DNA from: Thalassobaculaceae bacterium
GTDB taxonomy: Bacteria; Pseudomonadota; Alphaproteobacteria; Thalassobaculales; Thalassobaculaceae
Assembly: GCA_965228875.1 (NCBI GenBank)
Contig: OZ245843.1
Location: forward strand, 3,330,616 to 3,394,615
Direction of reading: 5' to 3'
DNA length: 64,000 nt
Shown here piece after piece: positions 20,002 to 31,555 of this stretch. Within the stretch, counting starts at the first letter, position 1. Every line of letters starts with the position of its first letter. The notes below the pieces were generated by a model that saw only the letters and a list, made by a program, of their open reading frames with translations, had not been told where the DNA came from and did not search any database. Made by a program: the position numbers and the translations under genes.

Positions 20002-21753
20002 ATGGACGCACCGGTCTTCCTCGCGCCGGAACGGGCCGTCGGCCGCTGGATCGCGGCGCTCAACGCCGCGCTGGCCCAGGGCGACGCCGCCGCACTGGCG
20101 ACCCTCTTCGAAGAGGACGGCCACTGGCGCGACACGGTGGCGCTGAGCTGGACCCTGAAGACCGTGAGCGGCGGCGGACGGATCGCCGCCGCGCTGGCCA
20201 CCGCGGCGGCCGAGCGGGGCATGCGCGACGTCGCCGTCGACGCCGGGCGCTGTCCGCCGCGCGTCGTGCAGCGTGCAGGCGCCGACGTGGTCGAGGCGAT
20301 CCTGACCTTCGAGACCGACACCGGCCGCTGCGCCGGGCTGCTGCGCCTGCGCGTCGGCGAGGGCCGGGCCTGGACCCTGCTGACGGCGCTCGAATCGATC
20401 CGCGGGCATGAGGAGGAGACGCTGCGCGCCACCCGTGACGAGCCGGCCTTCTCCCGCACCTTCCATGGCCCGAACTGGCGCGACCGCCGGCGCGAGGCCG
20501 CCGCCTTCGCCGACCGCGATCCGACGGTCCTGGTGGTCGGCGGCGGACACGGCGGCATCACCGCCGCGGCCCGGCTCGGCCAGCTCGGCATCGATACGCT
20601 TGTGGTCGACCGGATGGCGCGGATCGGCGACAACTGGCGACTGCGCTACCACGGGCTGAAGCTGCACAACACGCTGCACAGCAACCATCTGCCCTACATC
20701 CCGTTTCCCGAGACCTTTCCGTCCTACATTCCGAAGGACCTGATCGCCGACTGGCTCGAGTTCTATGTCGGCATGCTCGCGATCAACTTCTGGACCCGCA
20801 CGACCTTCGACGGCGCGGAATGGAACGAGGCGGGGCAATACTGGACCGCCCGCCTGACCCTGGCCGACGGCACCACCCGCGAGATGCGCCCGCGCCACAT
20901 CGTCATGGCCACCAGCGTCAGCGGCACGCCGAACATCCCGGAGATCCCGACGCTCGACGCCTTCGAGGGGACGGTGCTGCATTCCAGCCGCTTCGCCGAC
21001 GGCGCGGCGTGGAAGGACCGGCCGGTCATGGTGTTCGGCACCGGCACCAGCGCCCACGACATCGCCCAGGACCTGCAGGGCAACGGCGCGCAGGTGACCA
21101 TGGTCCAGCGCAGCCCCACCCTGGTGGTGAACATCGAGCCCAGCGCCCAGCTCTACGACGGCGTCTATCAGGGTCCGGGACCGTCGCGCGACGATCGCGA
21201 CCTGATAAACCTCTCCATGCCGCTCGCCCTGATGAAGGTGGCCCACCGGGCGATCACCGATCGGGTGCGGGAGATCGACAGGCCGCTGCTCGACGGGCTC
21301 GAGAAGGCCGGTTTCCGGCTCGACTTCGGCGAGGACGGCACCGGCTGGCCGCTGAAGTACCGAACCCGCGGCGGCGGCTACTACTTCAACGTCGGCTGCT
21401 CGGAGCTGATCGCCGATGGCCGGATCGGCCTGATCCAGTACGCCGATATCGATCGCTTCACCGACGCGGGCGTGGCCCTGAAATCCGGCGAGACCCGGCC
21501 GGCCGAGCTGATCGTTCTGGCGACCGGGTACAAGAACCAGGACCACATGGTCCGCCTGCTGTTCGGCGACGCGGTGGCGGACCGGGCCGGGCCGGTATGG
21601 GACTTCGACCCGGACACCCAGGAGCTGCGCAACATGTGGATGCCGACCGGCCAGCCCGGCCTGTGGTTCACCGGCGGCGCCTTCTCCCAGTGCCGGATCT
21701 ACTCGAAATACCTCGCCCTGCAGATCCAGGCCCGAGAGCTCGGACTGGTATAG
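20002..21753 (+). CDS. Flavin-containing monooxygenase (type II FMO-like, N-terminally extended)
   Basis: GGGHGG FAD motif, FEGTVLHSSRF fingerprint, GTGTSAHD NAD(P) motif, LATGY. Confidence 0.85.
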   Translation: MDAPVFLAPERAVGRWIAALNAALAQGDAAALATLFEEDGHWRDTVALSWTLKTVSGGGRIAAALATAAAERGMRDVAVDAGRCPPRVVQRAGADVVEAILTFETDTGRCAGLLRLRVGEGRAWTLLTALESIRGHEEETLRATRDEPAFSRTFHGPNWRDRRREAAAFADRDPTVLVVGGGHGGITAAARLGQLGIDTLVVDRMARIGDNWRLRYHGLKLHNTLHSNHLPYIPFPETFPSYIPKDLIADWLEFYVGMLAINFWTRTTFDGAEWNEAGQYWTARLTLADGTTREMRPRHIVMATSVSGTPNIPEIPTLDAFEGTVLHSSRFADGAAWKDRPVMVFGTGTSAHDIAQDLQGNGAQVTMVQRSPTLVVNIEPSAQLYDGVYQGPGPSRDDRDLINLSMPLALMKVAHRAITDRVREIDRPLLDGLEKAGFRLDFGEDGTGWPLKYRTRGGGYYFNVGCSELIADGRIGLIQYADIDRFTDAGVALKSGETRPAELIVLATGYKNQDHMVRLLFGDAVADRAGPVWDFDPDTQELRNMWMPTGQPGLWFTGGAFSQCRIYSKYLALQIQARELGLV

Positions 21754-21807
21754 TCCGGGCCGGTGTAGCCTGCCCCGCGGTCGCCGGAGCGGCCGGCAGG
21801 TCGCGGG

Positions 21808-22725
21808 CTACCTGCCCCAGCGGTACGCCAGCAGGTCCAGATCCTTGGCCATGGTCAGCAGCGTGTCGCGGGTCTGCGGCGCCAGCGGCTCCAGCGGATG
21901 GCGGACATAGTCGGACTTGATGACTCCGCCGGCCTGCATCACCGTCTTGCAGGCCCGCAGGTTGCACTGCCGGTTCTCGAAGTTGATCAGCGGCAGCATG
22001 CGGTTGTACTGCGCCTCTGCCTTGGCCCGGTCGCCCGCCAGGAAATCGGTCACGATCGGCCGGATCTGCTCGCAGGCGAGGCCGCTGGTCATCGTCCCGG
22101 TCGCCCCGGCGTCGAGATCGGCCAGCAGGGTGATCCCCTCCTCGCCGTCGAACGGTCCGTCGATATGCTCGCCCGCCGCCTCGATCAGCGCCCGCAGCTT
22201 GCCGGCCGTGCCCGGCATCTCGATCTTGAAATAGCTGACGTTGGACAGCTCCGTCGCGATCCGTGCCAGCAGCGGCACCGACAGGTTGGTGCCGCTGAGC
22301 GGCGCGTCCTGGATCATGATCGGGATAGAGATCGCCTCGGAGAGCGCGGCGAAATGCTCGAACACTCCCTGGTCGGACGCCTTCAGCAGGGCACCGTGAT
22401 AGGGCGGCATCATCATCACCATCGCCGCGCCCTGAGCCTCGGCCCGCTTGCACCGTTCGACCGCGACCTGGGTCGAGAAATGACTGCAGGTGGCGATCAC
22501 CGGCACCCGGCCCGAGACATGCTCCATGCACAGCGTCTGCAGGGTCTCGCGCTCGGCATCGGACAGCAGGAACTGCTCCGAGTAGTTCGCCAGGATGCAC
22601 AGTCCGTCGACCCCCTGGTCGATCATGCAGTCCAGCACCCGCTTCTGACCCTCCAGGTCGAGGGCGCCGCCATCGTGGAACGGCGTCGGGACGATCGGGA
22701 AAATTCCGGTATACGGGGCGGTCAA
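21808..22725 (-). CDS. araD: DHDPS family, probably L-2-keto-3-deoxyarabonate dehydratase
   Basis: [26 protein letters not shown] Schiff-base Lys, [14 protein letters not shown] start after GGAGGT RBS. Confidence 0.8.
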   Translation of the reverse strand: MTAPYTGIFPIVPTPFHDGGALDLEGQKRVLDCMIDQGVDGLCILANYSEQFLLSDAERETLQTLCMEHVSGRVPVIATCSHFSTQVAVERCKRAEAQGAAMVMMMPPYHGALLKASDQGVFEHFAALSEAISIPIMIQDAPLSGTNLSVPLLARIATELSNVSYFKIEMPGTAGKLRALIEAAGEHIDGPFDGEEGITLLADLDAGATGTMTSGLACEQIRPIVTDFLAGDRAKAEAQYNRMLPLINFENRQCNLRACKTVMQAGGVIKSDYVRHPLEPLAPQTRDTLLTMAKDLDLLAYRWGR

Positions 22726-22915
22726 GGCACCCTCCCTTGGCGTGTTGTCGGTCCTGGTCCGTCGCGGTTTCCGGAAGCTCCGGTCGGCTCGACCTGGATC
22801 CCCGGACCGCGTTTTCCCGGAGTGTAGGGCCGGAGGCGGGGCCACGGAAGGCGCGGTCTTGCGTCCCGGCGACGGCGGCCCAAGTATCGGGCATCACCGA
22901 TCCGGGGGATCCGAG

Positions 22916-24460
22916 ATGACCGACGCGGCCCTGTTCGCCTTCGACAACACGTACGCACGGCTGCCCGAGCGGTTCTTCGTGAAGATGCCGCCGACACCGG
23001 TCGAGGCGCCGCGCCTGCTGCTGCTGAACGAGGGGTTGGCCCGCGAGATAGGCCTTGATCCGGACCGGCTGCGCGAGGAGGACGGCGTGCAGTCGCTCGC
23101 CGGCAACCGTGTTCCCGACGGGGCGGAGCCGCTGGCCATGGCCTATGCCGGCCACCAGTTCGGCGGCTGGGTGCCGCAGCTCGGCGACGGAAGAGCGATC
23201 CTGCTGGGCGAGGTCGTGGGCATCGACGGGCTGCGCCGCGACATCCAGCTCAAGGGTTCCGGGCCGACGCCGTTCTCGCGCATGGGCGACGGCCGGGCCG
23301 CCCTCGGTCCGGTCCTGCGCGAATACCTGATCAGCGAGGCGATGGCCGCCCTCGGCATCCCGACGACGCGGTCCCTGGCCGTGGTGACCACCGGCGAGGC
23401 GGTGTTCCGCGACCGCGCCCTGCCCGGCGGCATCCTCACCCGCGTCGCCCGCAGCCATATCCGCGTCGGCACTTTCCAGTTCTTCGCCGCCCGCCGCGAC
23501 GATGACGCGGTGCGCCACCTCGCCGACCACGTGATCGCGCGTCACTATCCCGAGATCGGCCCCGAGATCGGCCCCGAGATCGACCCCGAGGCCGCCGATG
23601 GCAAGAACCGCTACAAGATCCTGCTGGAGCGGGTTGTCGAGGCCCAGGCGCGGCTGATCGCAGCGTGGATGGGCGTCGGCTTCATCCACGGGGTGATGAA
23701 CACCGACAACATGTCGGTCGCCGGCGACACCATCGACTACGGGCCCTGCGCCTTCATGAACGCCTATCTCCCGGGGACCGTGTACAGCTCGATCGACCAT
23801 GGCGGGCGCTACGCCTACGGCAACCAGCCGGGGATCGCCCACTGGAACCTTGCCTGCCTGGCGCAGTGCCTGCTGCCGCTCATCGACGACAGCGAGGACA
23901 AGGCGCTCGAGGTCGCCCAGGAGATCATCAACGGCTTCCCCGACCGCTACCGCGCCCACCACACCGACGCGTTCGCCGCCAAGATCGGGCTTGAGACCGT
24001 CCGCGACGGCGACGCGGAGCTGATCTCCGACCTGCTGTCCGTGATGGAGAAAGGCGAGGCGGACTTCACCCTCGTCTTCCGCCGACTTTCGGAGACCGGC
24101 CGCGATGCGGGCGACGGTGTGGGCGACGGCGCCGGCGACGGCGGCGCGGTGCGCGCGCTGTTCTCCGATCCCGCGGCATTCGACGCCTGGGCCGTCCGCT
24201 GGCGCGACCGCCTTGCCGGCGAGCGCCGGGACGACACCGCCCGCCGGGCCGCCATGCGCGCGGTCAACCCGGCCTATATTCCGCGCAACCACCTGGTGGA
24301 GCAGGCCCTTGCCGCCGCGGTCGACGACGGCGACCTGGAGCCGCTGCAGGATCTCCGCGCGGTGCTCCTGACGCCGTTCGAGGCCCAGCCCGGCCAGGAG
24401 CGCTACGAACAGCCGCCGAAACCCGGCGAGGAGATCGCGGCCACGTTCTGCGGCACCTGA
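22916..24460 (+). CDS. selO: Protein adenylyltransferase SelO (YdiU)
   Basis: [43 protein letters not shown]-terminal TFCGT. Confidence 0.93.
   Translation: MTDAALFAFDNTYARLPERFFVKMPPTPVEAPRLLLLNEGLAREIGLDPDRLREEDGVQSLAGNRVPDGAEPLAMAYAGHQFGGWVPQLGDGRAILLGEVVGIDGLRRDIQLKGSGPTPFSRMGDGRAALGPVLREYLISEAMAALGIPTTRSLAVVTTGEAVFRDRALPGGILTRVARSHIRVGTFQFFAARRDDDAVRHLADHVIARHYPEIGPEIGPEIDPEAADGKNRYKILLERVVEAQARLIAAWMGVGFIHGVMNTDNMSVAGDTIDYGPCAFMNAYLPGTVYSSIDHGGRYAYGNQPGIAHWNLACLAQCLLPLIDDSEDKALEVAQEIINGFPDRYRAHHTDAFAAKIGLETVRDGDAELISDLLSVMEKGEADFTLVFRRLSETGRDAGDGVGDGAGDGGAVRALFSDPAAFDAWAVRWRDRLAGERRDDTARRAAMRAVNPAYIPRNHLVEQALAAAVDDGDLEPLQDLRAVLLTPFEAQPGQERYEQPPKPGEEIAATFCGT
23549..23590 (+). repeat. 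12-bp tandem repeat in selO ([14 protein letters not shown])
   Basis: cccgagatcggc x2, cccgagatcgac, cccgag. Confidence 0.85.
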
Positions 24461-24467
24461 GTCGGCG

Positions 24468-25382
24468 TCAGCGCCGGCTCACCGCCACCACGGATCCGTC
24501 GTCGAGGCCGAGCACGAAACGGAGGGACGGACCCGCCCCCTCTGCCAGGATCGCCTTGTCGACCCGCCCCGGCAGCGGGACGGCGGCGATCTCACGGATG
24601 CCGGCGCGGCGGGGAGAGACCATGCGGAGCACCGACCGGTCCGCCGACGGCAGGGCCAGGTCCGGCTGACCGTCACCGTCGATGTCGGCCACCGCCGACA
24701 ACCGCTGCTCGGTCGAACCGATCACGTGGTTGGAGAACCCGTAGAGCTCGCCCGCCGGCCGCAGGCCGTCGGCGAAGAGCCTGTAGACGAACAGCGTCCC
24801 GCCGATATGCGGCGTCTGCACATAGGCGATCTGCGACCCGCCCCCGCCCAAGCCGTCGCCCAGGAAATCGGCGACTCCGGCGATGTTGAGCCAGCGGTTG
24901 GCGCGGCCGATGAAACCCGTCGTCCCGCGCTGCACGAGCCCGCCGTCGGAAACGCCGTAGACGGTCACGGAGCCGCCCGCGGTCAGCGAGGATCGCAGGG
25001 TGACGATCTCGGTCCGCCCGTCGCCGTCCAGATCGGCGAGCCTGGGCGTGCGGTCCTCGAAGACCTCTGACTCCGGCAGGTCGAGGGTGAGGATCCGCCC
25101 CTCGTCGGTCTCCACCCGAAGCCCGCCGGCCTCGATGCCGTCGCCCAGGACGGCATGTCCGTAGCGCGTTGTCGGCGCGACGTACCACGCGGCCCGGACA
25201 TCGCCCACCGGCGAGCGCGCAACCAGCCCATCGGGCAGGCCCTGCGGGGCCGGATCGCCGGACTCGATGACGATCTCAGGCGGATAGGCGGCCGGATCGA
25301 CCGGCTCGACCCGCCACCCCTCGGCAGACGCCGACCCCGACGATGCTGCGATTCCCAAAGCCAAGGCGATCCGCCTCCACAT
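24468..25382 (-). CDS. Exported FG-GAP/VCBS-like repeat protein
   Basis: Signal peptide, PTTRYGHAVLGD, DLDGDGRTE and DIDGDGQPD calcium-blade motifs, TPHIGG. Confidence 0.75.
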   Translation of the reverse strand: MWRRIALALGIAASSGSASAEGWRVEPVDPAAYPPEIVIESGDPAPQGLPDGLVARSPVGDVRAAWYVAPTTRYGHAVLGDGIEAGGLRVETDEGRILTLDLPESEVFEDRTPRLADLDGDGRTEIVTLRSSLTAGGSVTVYGVSDGGLVQRGTTGFIGRANRWLNIAGVADFLGDGLGGGGSQIAYVQTPHIGGTLFVYRLFADGLRPAGELYGFSNHVIGSTEQRLSAVADIDGDGQPDLALPSADRSVLRMVSPRRAGIREIAAVPLPGRVDKAILAEGAGPSLRFVLGLDDGSVVAVSRR

Positions 25383-25385
25383 CGC

Positions 25386-26396
25386 TCACTCTCCGGCCGA
25401 TCTCTCCCGCAACCGCGCCTCGTAGCCGGCCAGGGTTTCCCCCGCCCCCCAGCCGTTGGTGCGCAGTGCTTTCAGAATCGCTACCAGATTGTCGTCCCGA
25501 AGGCGTTCAAGATCCCGTGGGGTACGGCCGCCGGCCTGGGCGTCGGACTGTTCGGCGATGCGGTCGACCAGTTCCGGCGTCATCTCCGGCACGTCCGTCA
25601 GCTTGGTCCAGGGCCAGGCGAGCGCCGGACCGAACTGCGCCATGAAATGCCGCATCCCCTGCTCGCCACCGGCGATGTGGAAGGTCTGGAACGTGCCCAT
25701 CTGCGCCCAGCGCAAGCCGCAGCCATAGCGGATGGCGTCGTCGATCTCCTCCGTCGTCGCCACCCCGTCCTTGACCAGCCAGAGCGCCTCGCGCCAGAGC
25801 GCCTCCATCAGACGGTCGGCGACGAAGGCGTCGATTTCGACCTTCAGGTGGAGCGGCTTCATGCCGAGCGCGGCGTACAGTCCCATCGCCCGATCGATCA
25901 CTGCCGGATCGGTCGCCTTGCCGCCGACCACCTCGACCAGCGGCAGCAGGTAGACCGGGTTGAACGGGTGGGCGACGATCAGCCGCTCGGGACAGGACAT
26001 GCCCTCCTGCAGGACCGTTGGCCGGAACCCGCTGGTCGACGAGGCGATGATCCCGTCGGTGTTGGCCGCCTCGATCTCGCGATAGACGGCGTGCTTGGTC
26101 TCCAGACGTTCAGGGACGGCCTCGACGATCAGGTCGGCGCCGTCGACGGCTTCGGCGACGGAGGCGACCATAGACCACGCCCCCCTCGCCGGGCGCGGCG
26201 CATCGATCAGCGCATCGGCCGCCCGCGCGGCGTTCTCCAGCACCGGCGCGATCTTCGCCGCCGCGTCGGGGGCCGGATCGAACACCGCGCAGTCGACGCC
26301 GTTGTCGATCAGCCGGGCCAGCCAGCCGGAGCCGATCACCCCGCCGCCGAGGATGGCCGCCCGGGCCGGAAGGCCGTTCACGCCGGGCCCGCTCAA
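25386..26396 (-). CDS. lcdH: L-carnitine dehydrogenase (3-hydroxyacyl-CoA dehydrogenase family)
   Basis: GGGVIGSGW, EAVPE, SSTSG, HPFNPVYLLPLVE, ALWREALW, QFGPAL.WPWTKL. Start is TTG overlapping the upstream stop, or GTG at 26381. Confidence 0.8.
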   Translation of the reverse strand: MSGPGVNGLPARAAILGGGVIGSGWLARLIDNGVDCAVFDPAPDAAAKIAPVLENAARAADALIDAPRPARGAWSMVASVAEAVDGADLIVEAVPERLETKHAVYREIEAANTDGIIASSTSGFRPTVLQEGMSCPERLIVAHPFNPVYLLPLVEVVGGKATDPAVIDRAMGLYAALGMKPLHLKVEIDAFVADRLMEALWREALWLVKDGVATTEEIDDAIRYGCGLRWAQMGTFQTFHIAGGEQGMRHFMAQFGPALAWPWTKLTDVPEMTPELVDRIAEQSDAQAGGRTPRDLERLRDDNLVAILKALRTNGWGAGETLAGYEARLRERSAGE

Positions 26397-27307
26397 GACC
26401 GCGGCGCCCGCTTGACCAGGCCGAGCCTGTCGCGCACCGCGTCCGGGCCGATGACCGTCGCGCCCATGTTCTCGATCACCGTGACCGCCCGTTCGACGAG
26501 CTGGGCGTTGGTGGCGAGGACACCACGCTCCAGATAGAGGTTGTCCTCCAGGCCGACCCGGACGTGCCCCCCGGCCAGCACCGACGCCGCGGCGTAGGGC
26601 ATCTGATCGCGGCCCAGAGAGAAGGCGGAGAAAGTCCAGCCCTCGGGGATCGCGTTGACCATGGCCATGAAGGTGTTGAGGTCGTTCGGCGCGCCCCAGG
26701 GCACACCCATGCAGAGCTGGACCAGCGCCGGGCCGGTGAGCACGCCCTCGGCCACCAGCTGCTTGGCGAACCACAGGTGGCCGGTGTCGAACGCCTCGAT
26801 CTCCGGCTTCACGCCGAGCTCGGTCATCATGCCGCCCATGGCGCGCAGCGTGCCGGGCGTGTTCATCATGACGTAGTCGGCTTCGGCGAAGTTCATGGTG
26901 CCGCAGTCGAGCGTGCAGATCTCCGGCAGGCACTCGCGGATATGGGCCATGCGCTCGGACGCGCCGGCGAGATCGGTGCCGTCCTCCCGCAGCGGCAGCG
27001 GGCTCTCGACCGGCCCGTGCACCAGGTCGCCGCCCATGCCGGAGGTCAGGTTCAGCACCACGTCGACCTCGGCCGCCCGGATCCGATCGGTCACCTCGCG
27101 GTACAGCTCCAGACGCCGGCTCGGCGCGCCGGTCTCGGGATCGCGGACGTGACAGTGAACGACCGCCGCGCCGGCCTTGGCGGCGTCGATCGCGCTGTCG
27201 GCGATCTGCTGCGGCGAGCGTGGGACGTGCGGGCTCCTGTCCTGGGTGCCGCCGGAGCCGGTCACGGCACAGGTGACGAACACCTCGCGGTTCATGGCGA
27301 GCGTCAT
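26393..27307 (-). CDS. cdhC: Beta-keto acid cleavage enzyme (3-dehydrocarnitine cleavage type, DUF849)
   Basis: TCAVTG, HCHVRD, TLDCGTMNF, KPEIEAFD, RVGLEDN; adjacent to carnitine dehydrogenase. Confidence 0.8.
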   Translation of the reverse strand: MTLAMNREVFVTCAVTGSGGTQDRSPHVPRSPQQIADSAIDAAKAGAAVVHCHVRDPETGAPSRRLELYREVTDRIRAAEVDVVLNLTSGMGGDLVHGPVESPLPLREDGTDLAGASERMAHIRECLPEICTLDCGTMNFAEADYVMMNTPGTLRAMGGMMTELGVKPEIEAFDTGHLWFAKQLVAEGVLTGPALVQLCMGVPWGAPNDLNTFMAMVNAIPEGWTFSAFSLGRDQMPYAAASVLAGGHVRVGLEDNLYLERGVLATNAQLVERAVTVIENMGATVIGPDAVRDRLGLVKRAPRS

Positions 27308-27327
27308 GGCGTTCTCTCCCTCTCCTG

Positions 27328-29245
<1,918 letters not shown>

Positions 29246-29249
<4 letters not shown>

Positions 29250-30160
29250 GCGGCCTCCGGTCTGTGGTGTGCGTGCCAGTGACGGGCGATCTCGTCGCGC
29301 CGGCAGATCCAGACGCCATCATGCCTGGCCACATGATCGAGAAACCGCTGCAGGGCCGCGAACCGGCCCGGCCGCCCGATCAGCCGGCAGTGAAGGCCGA
29401 CCGACATCATCTTGGGCCGATCCGCCCCTTCGGCATAGAGGACGTCGAAACTGTCGCGCAGGTAGGCGAAGAACTGGTCGCCGGCGTTGAAGCCCTGGCT
29501 GGTGGCAAATCGCATGTCGTTCGCGTCGAGCGTATAGGGAACGATCAGGTGGGCCCGGCCGTCGACCTCGGTCCAGTACGGCAACTCGTCGGCGTAGCTG
29601 TCGCTGTCGTAGAGGAAGCCGCCATGCTCGACCACCAGACGGCGGGTGTTCTCGCCGACGCGGCCGGTGTACCAGCCGACCGGTCGCACGCCGCAGGTGG
29701 CCTCGATCGCGGCCACCGAGCGGACGATGTGCTCGCGCTCGATATGCTCCGGCACGTCCTGGTAGTCGATCCAGCGGTAGCCGTGGCTCGCGACCTCCCA
29801 GCCGGCCTCCACCATCGCCGCCCCCGCCTCCGGATGGCGTTCGATCGCCATGCCGACCGCGTAGACGGTGAGCGGCAACCTCCGGGCCGTGAACTCCCGG
29901 TGGATCCGCCAGAACCCGGCGCGCGAGCCGAACTCGTAGATCGACTCCATGTTCAGGTTTCGCCGACCCTCCAGCGGGACGGCACCGACGATCTCCGACA
30001 GGAAGGCCTCCGAGGCCGGGTCGCCGTGCAGGATCGTGTTCTCCCCGCCCTCCTCGTAGTTCAGGACCACCTGCAGGGCCAGACGGGCACCGCCCGGCCA
30101 TTTCGGGTCCACCGGCGCCCGGCCGTAGCCGATCATGTCGCGGGGATAGGGGATCGTCAT
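29246..30160 (-). CDS. puuE: Allantoinase PuuE (polysaccharide deacetylase family)
   Basis: YPRDMIGYG, NYEEGGE, ESIYEFGSRAG, SHGYRW, MMSVGLHCR..GRPGR. Confidence 0.9.
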
Positions 30161-30238
30161 GCCGTGGCCTCCCGCCACCGTCGCCGTCTCGTGCGACGGC
30201 ACTATAGCCAATCGCCACGGCTGCGTGCAGCGCGCCCG

Positions 30239-30673
30239 TCAGTCCGGCCGACGCGCCATCACGCGCCGGGCGGCGTCGGGATCGACCCCCAGATGGGCCA
30301 GGGCGTCCGGCAGACGCCTGAAAGCCCTGAACGAAATGTCGCTGCCTCCCGCCTCGTTCAGGGCATTCCAGAGCGGCAGGATGATCTCCGCCTCGGCGGA
30401 GGACGGAACGACCGCGGCCCCCGCACGGCGCCGGGCCCGGCGCTGGACGAGCGACTCCGACCGCGCCCGGTACAGGGCCGAGAGCGCGTCGATGTCGAGG
30501 GACGAGAGATCGACGCCCGGCTCGTAGATCAGCAGCGTGGCGAACTCGCCCTCGGCCGGCATCCGCTCGGCGGTCTCGCGATGGGTCCTCAACAGGTCCT
30601 CTGGCGTGACCGTTCCCGTGTTCCAGAGGACGAGGAAGTCGCCGGAATCGCTCATGGCCCAGGAAATCGGCAT
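30239..30673 (-). CDS. Hypothetical protein, possibly SpoIIAA/STAS-SEC14-like fold
   Basis: GTVTPED near the N-terminus, A.VV strand and C-terminal F...DAL.HL pattern; upstream purine-rich RBS. Confidence 0.5.
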   Translation of the reverse strand: MPISWAMSDSGDFLVLWNTGTVTPEDLLRTHRETAERMPAEGEFATLLIYEPGVDLSSLDIDALSALYRARSESLVQRRARRRAGAAVVPSSAEAEIILPLWNALNEAGGSDISFRAFRRLPDALAHLGVDPDAARRVMARRPD

Positions 30674-31014
30674 CTTCTTTCCGCTGTCAGTCAGTCACCC
30701 CGCACCGACACTATCAGCTTCCCGTACCCGCAGCCATTTCGGGAGCCATCAGGCCGGGATCGCACACCGTGCCCGCCGCGCGGACTGACGCCCCAGGATG
30801 CCGAGCGTTCCAGCGCTCACCGGGCGAAACGCACCGGGCCACGCATATCGTGAAGGTAGTTCACACAAGACGCCCGCAGCCATAAGTTAGTTCAAGAAAT
30901 ATCGAAATCCTGTTGTCGATCCGGCGGTTACGCTCCATACTGCGGCCCGCTGTCGCAGTCCTCGGTCGAGGTGCGCGCGGACGGCGATTGGCCTGCGGAT
31001 GACGCGAGGGAACG

Positions 31015-31479
31015 ATGCGGCGATCACTCTCACTTACCGTTCTGGTACTTTCCGCGGCGCTACTGGTCGCGCGACCGGCGGCAGCCGACACGACGGAGAC
31101 CTTGGCCAAGACCTTTGCCCTGACGCTTGGCGGAACCCTGGTCGGCGCCTATGCGCTGCCATACGCCGTGCCGATGGTGGCGCCGGCCGTCGGTACTGCC
31201 TATGCCGCGACCGCCGGCGCGGTGAACGGCGTCCTGACCCCGATTCTCTCGACGCCCGCGACGGTGGCGGCGGGATACGCGGCAACCGCCGGCGCCGTGG
31301 ACGGCGCGCTGATGACGGCCGGTACCTACACGGTACTGTATCCACGTCTGGTCGGTGCCGTGGCCGGTATGACGGCCGGCCTGGTGGGCGGCATGTATGC
31401 CTTCTCGGAAGCCGAAGACGTGACCGAGCAGGCCGGACCGACGGAGACCAGCAATACCGTGGTGATGCTGCAGCGCTGA
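31015..31479 (+). CDS. Small exported Gly/Ala-rich hydrophobic protein
   Basis: GAGGG RBS, signal peptide ending PAAA, glycine-zipper-like segments, internal YAATAGAV(N/D)G repeat. Confidence 0.7.
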   Translation: MRRSLSLTVLVLSAALLVARPAAADTTETLAKTFALTLGGTLVGAYALPYAVPMVAPAVGTAYAATAGAVNGVLTPILSTPATVAAGYAATAGAVDGALMTAGTYTVLYPRLVGAVAGMTAGLVGGMYAFSEAEDVTEQAGPTETSNTVVMLQR

Positions 31480-31555
31480 CGTCGCGCAGCTTGACGACGA
31501 CCGCCCGGGGGGACGGGTTGGTTGACCAAGTACACAACCAAAAGGGGCAAATCAC

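Noticed and set aside
24440..24470. Possible selenocysteine read-through at the selO TGA
   Set aside because: The protein ends in the normal bacterial Cys-type TFCGT, and the convergent gene ends 7 bp later
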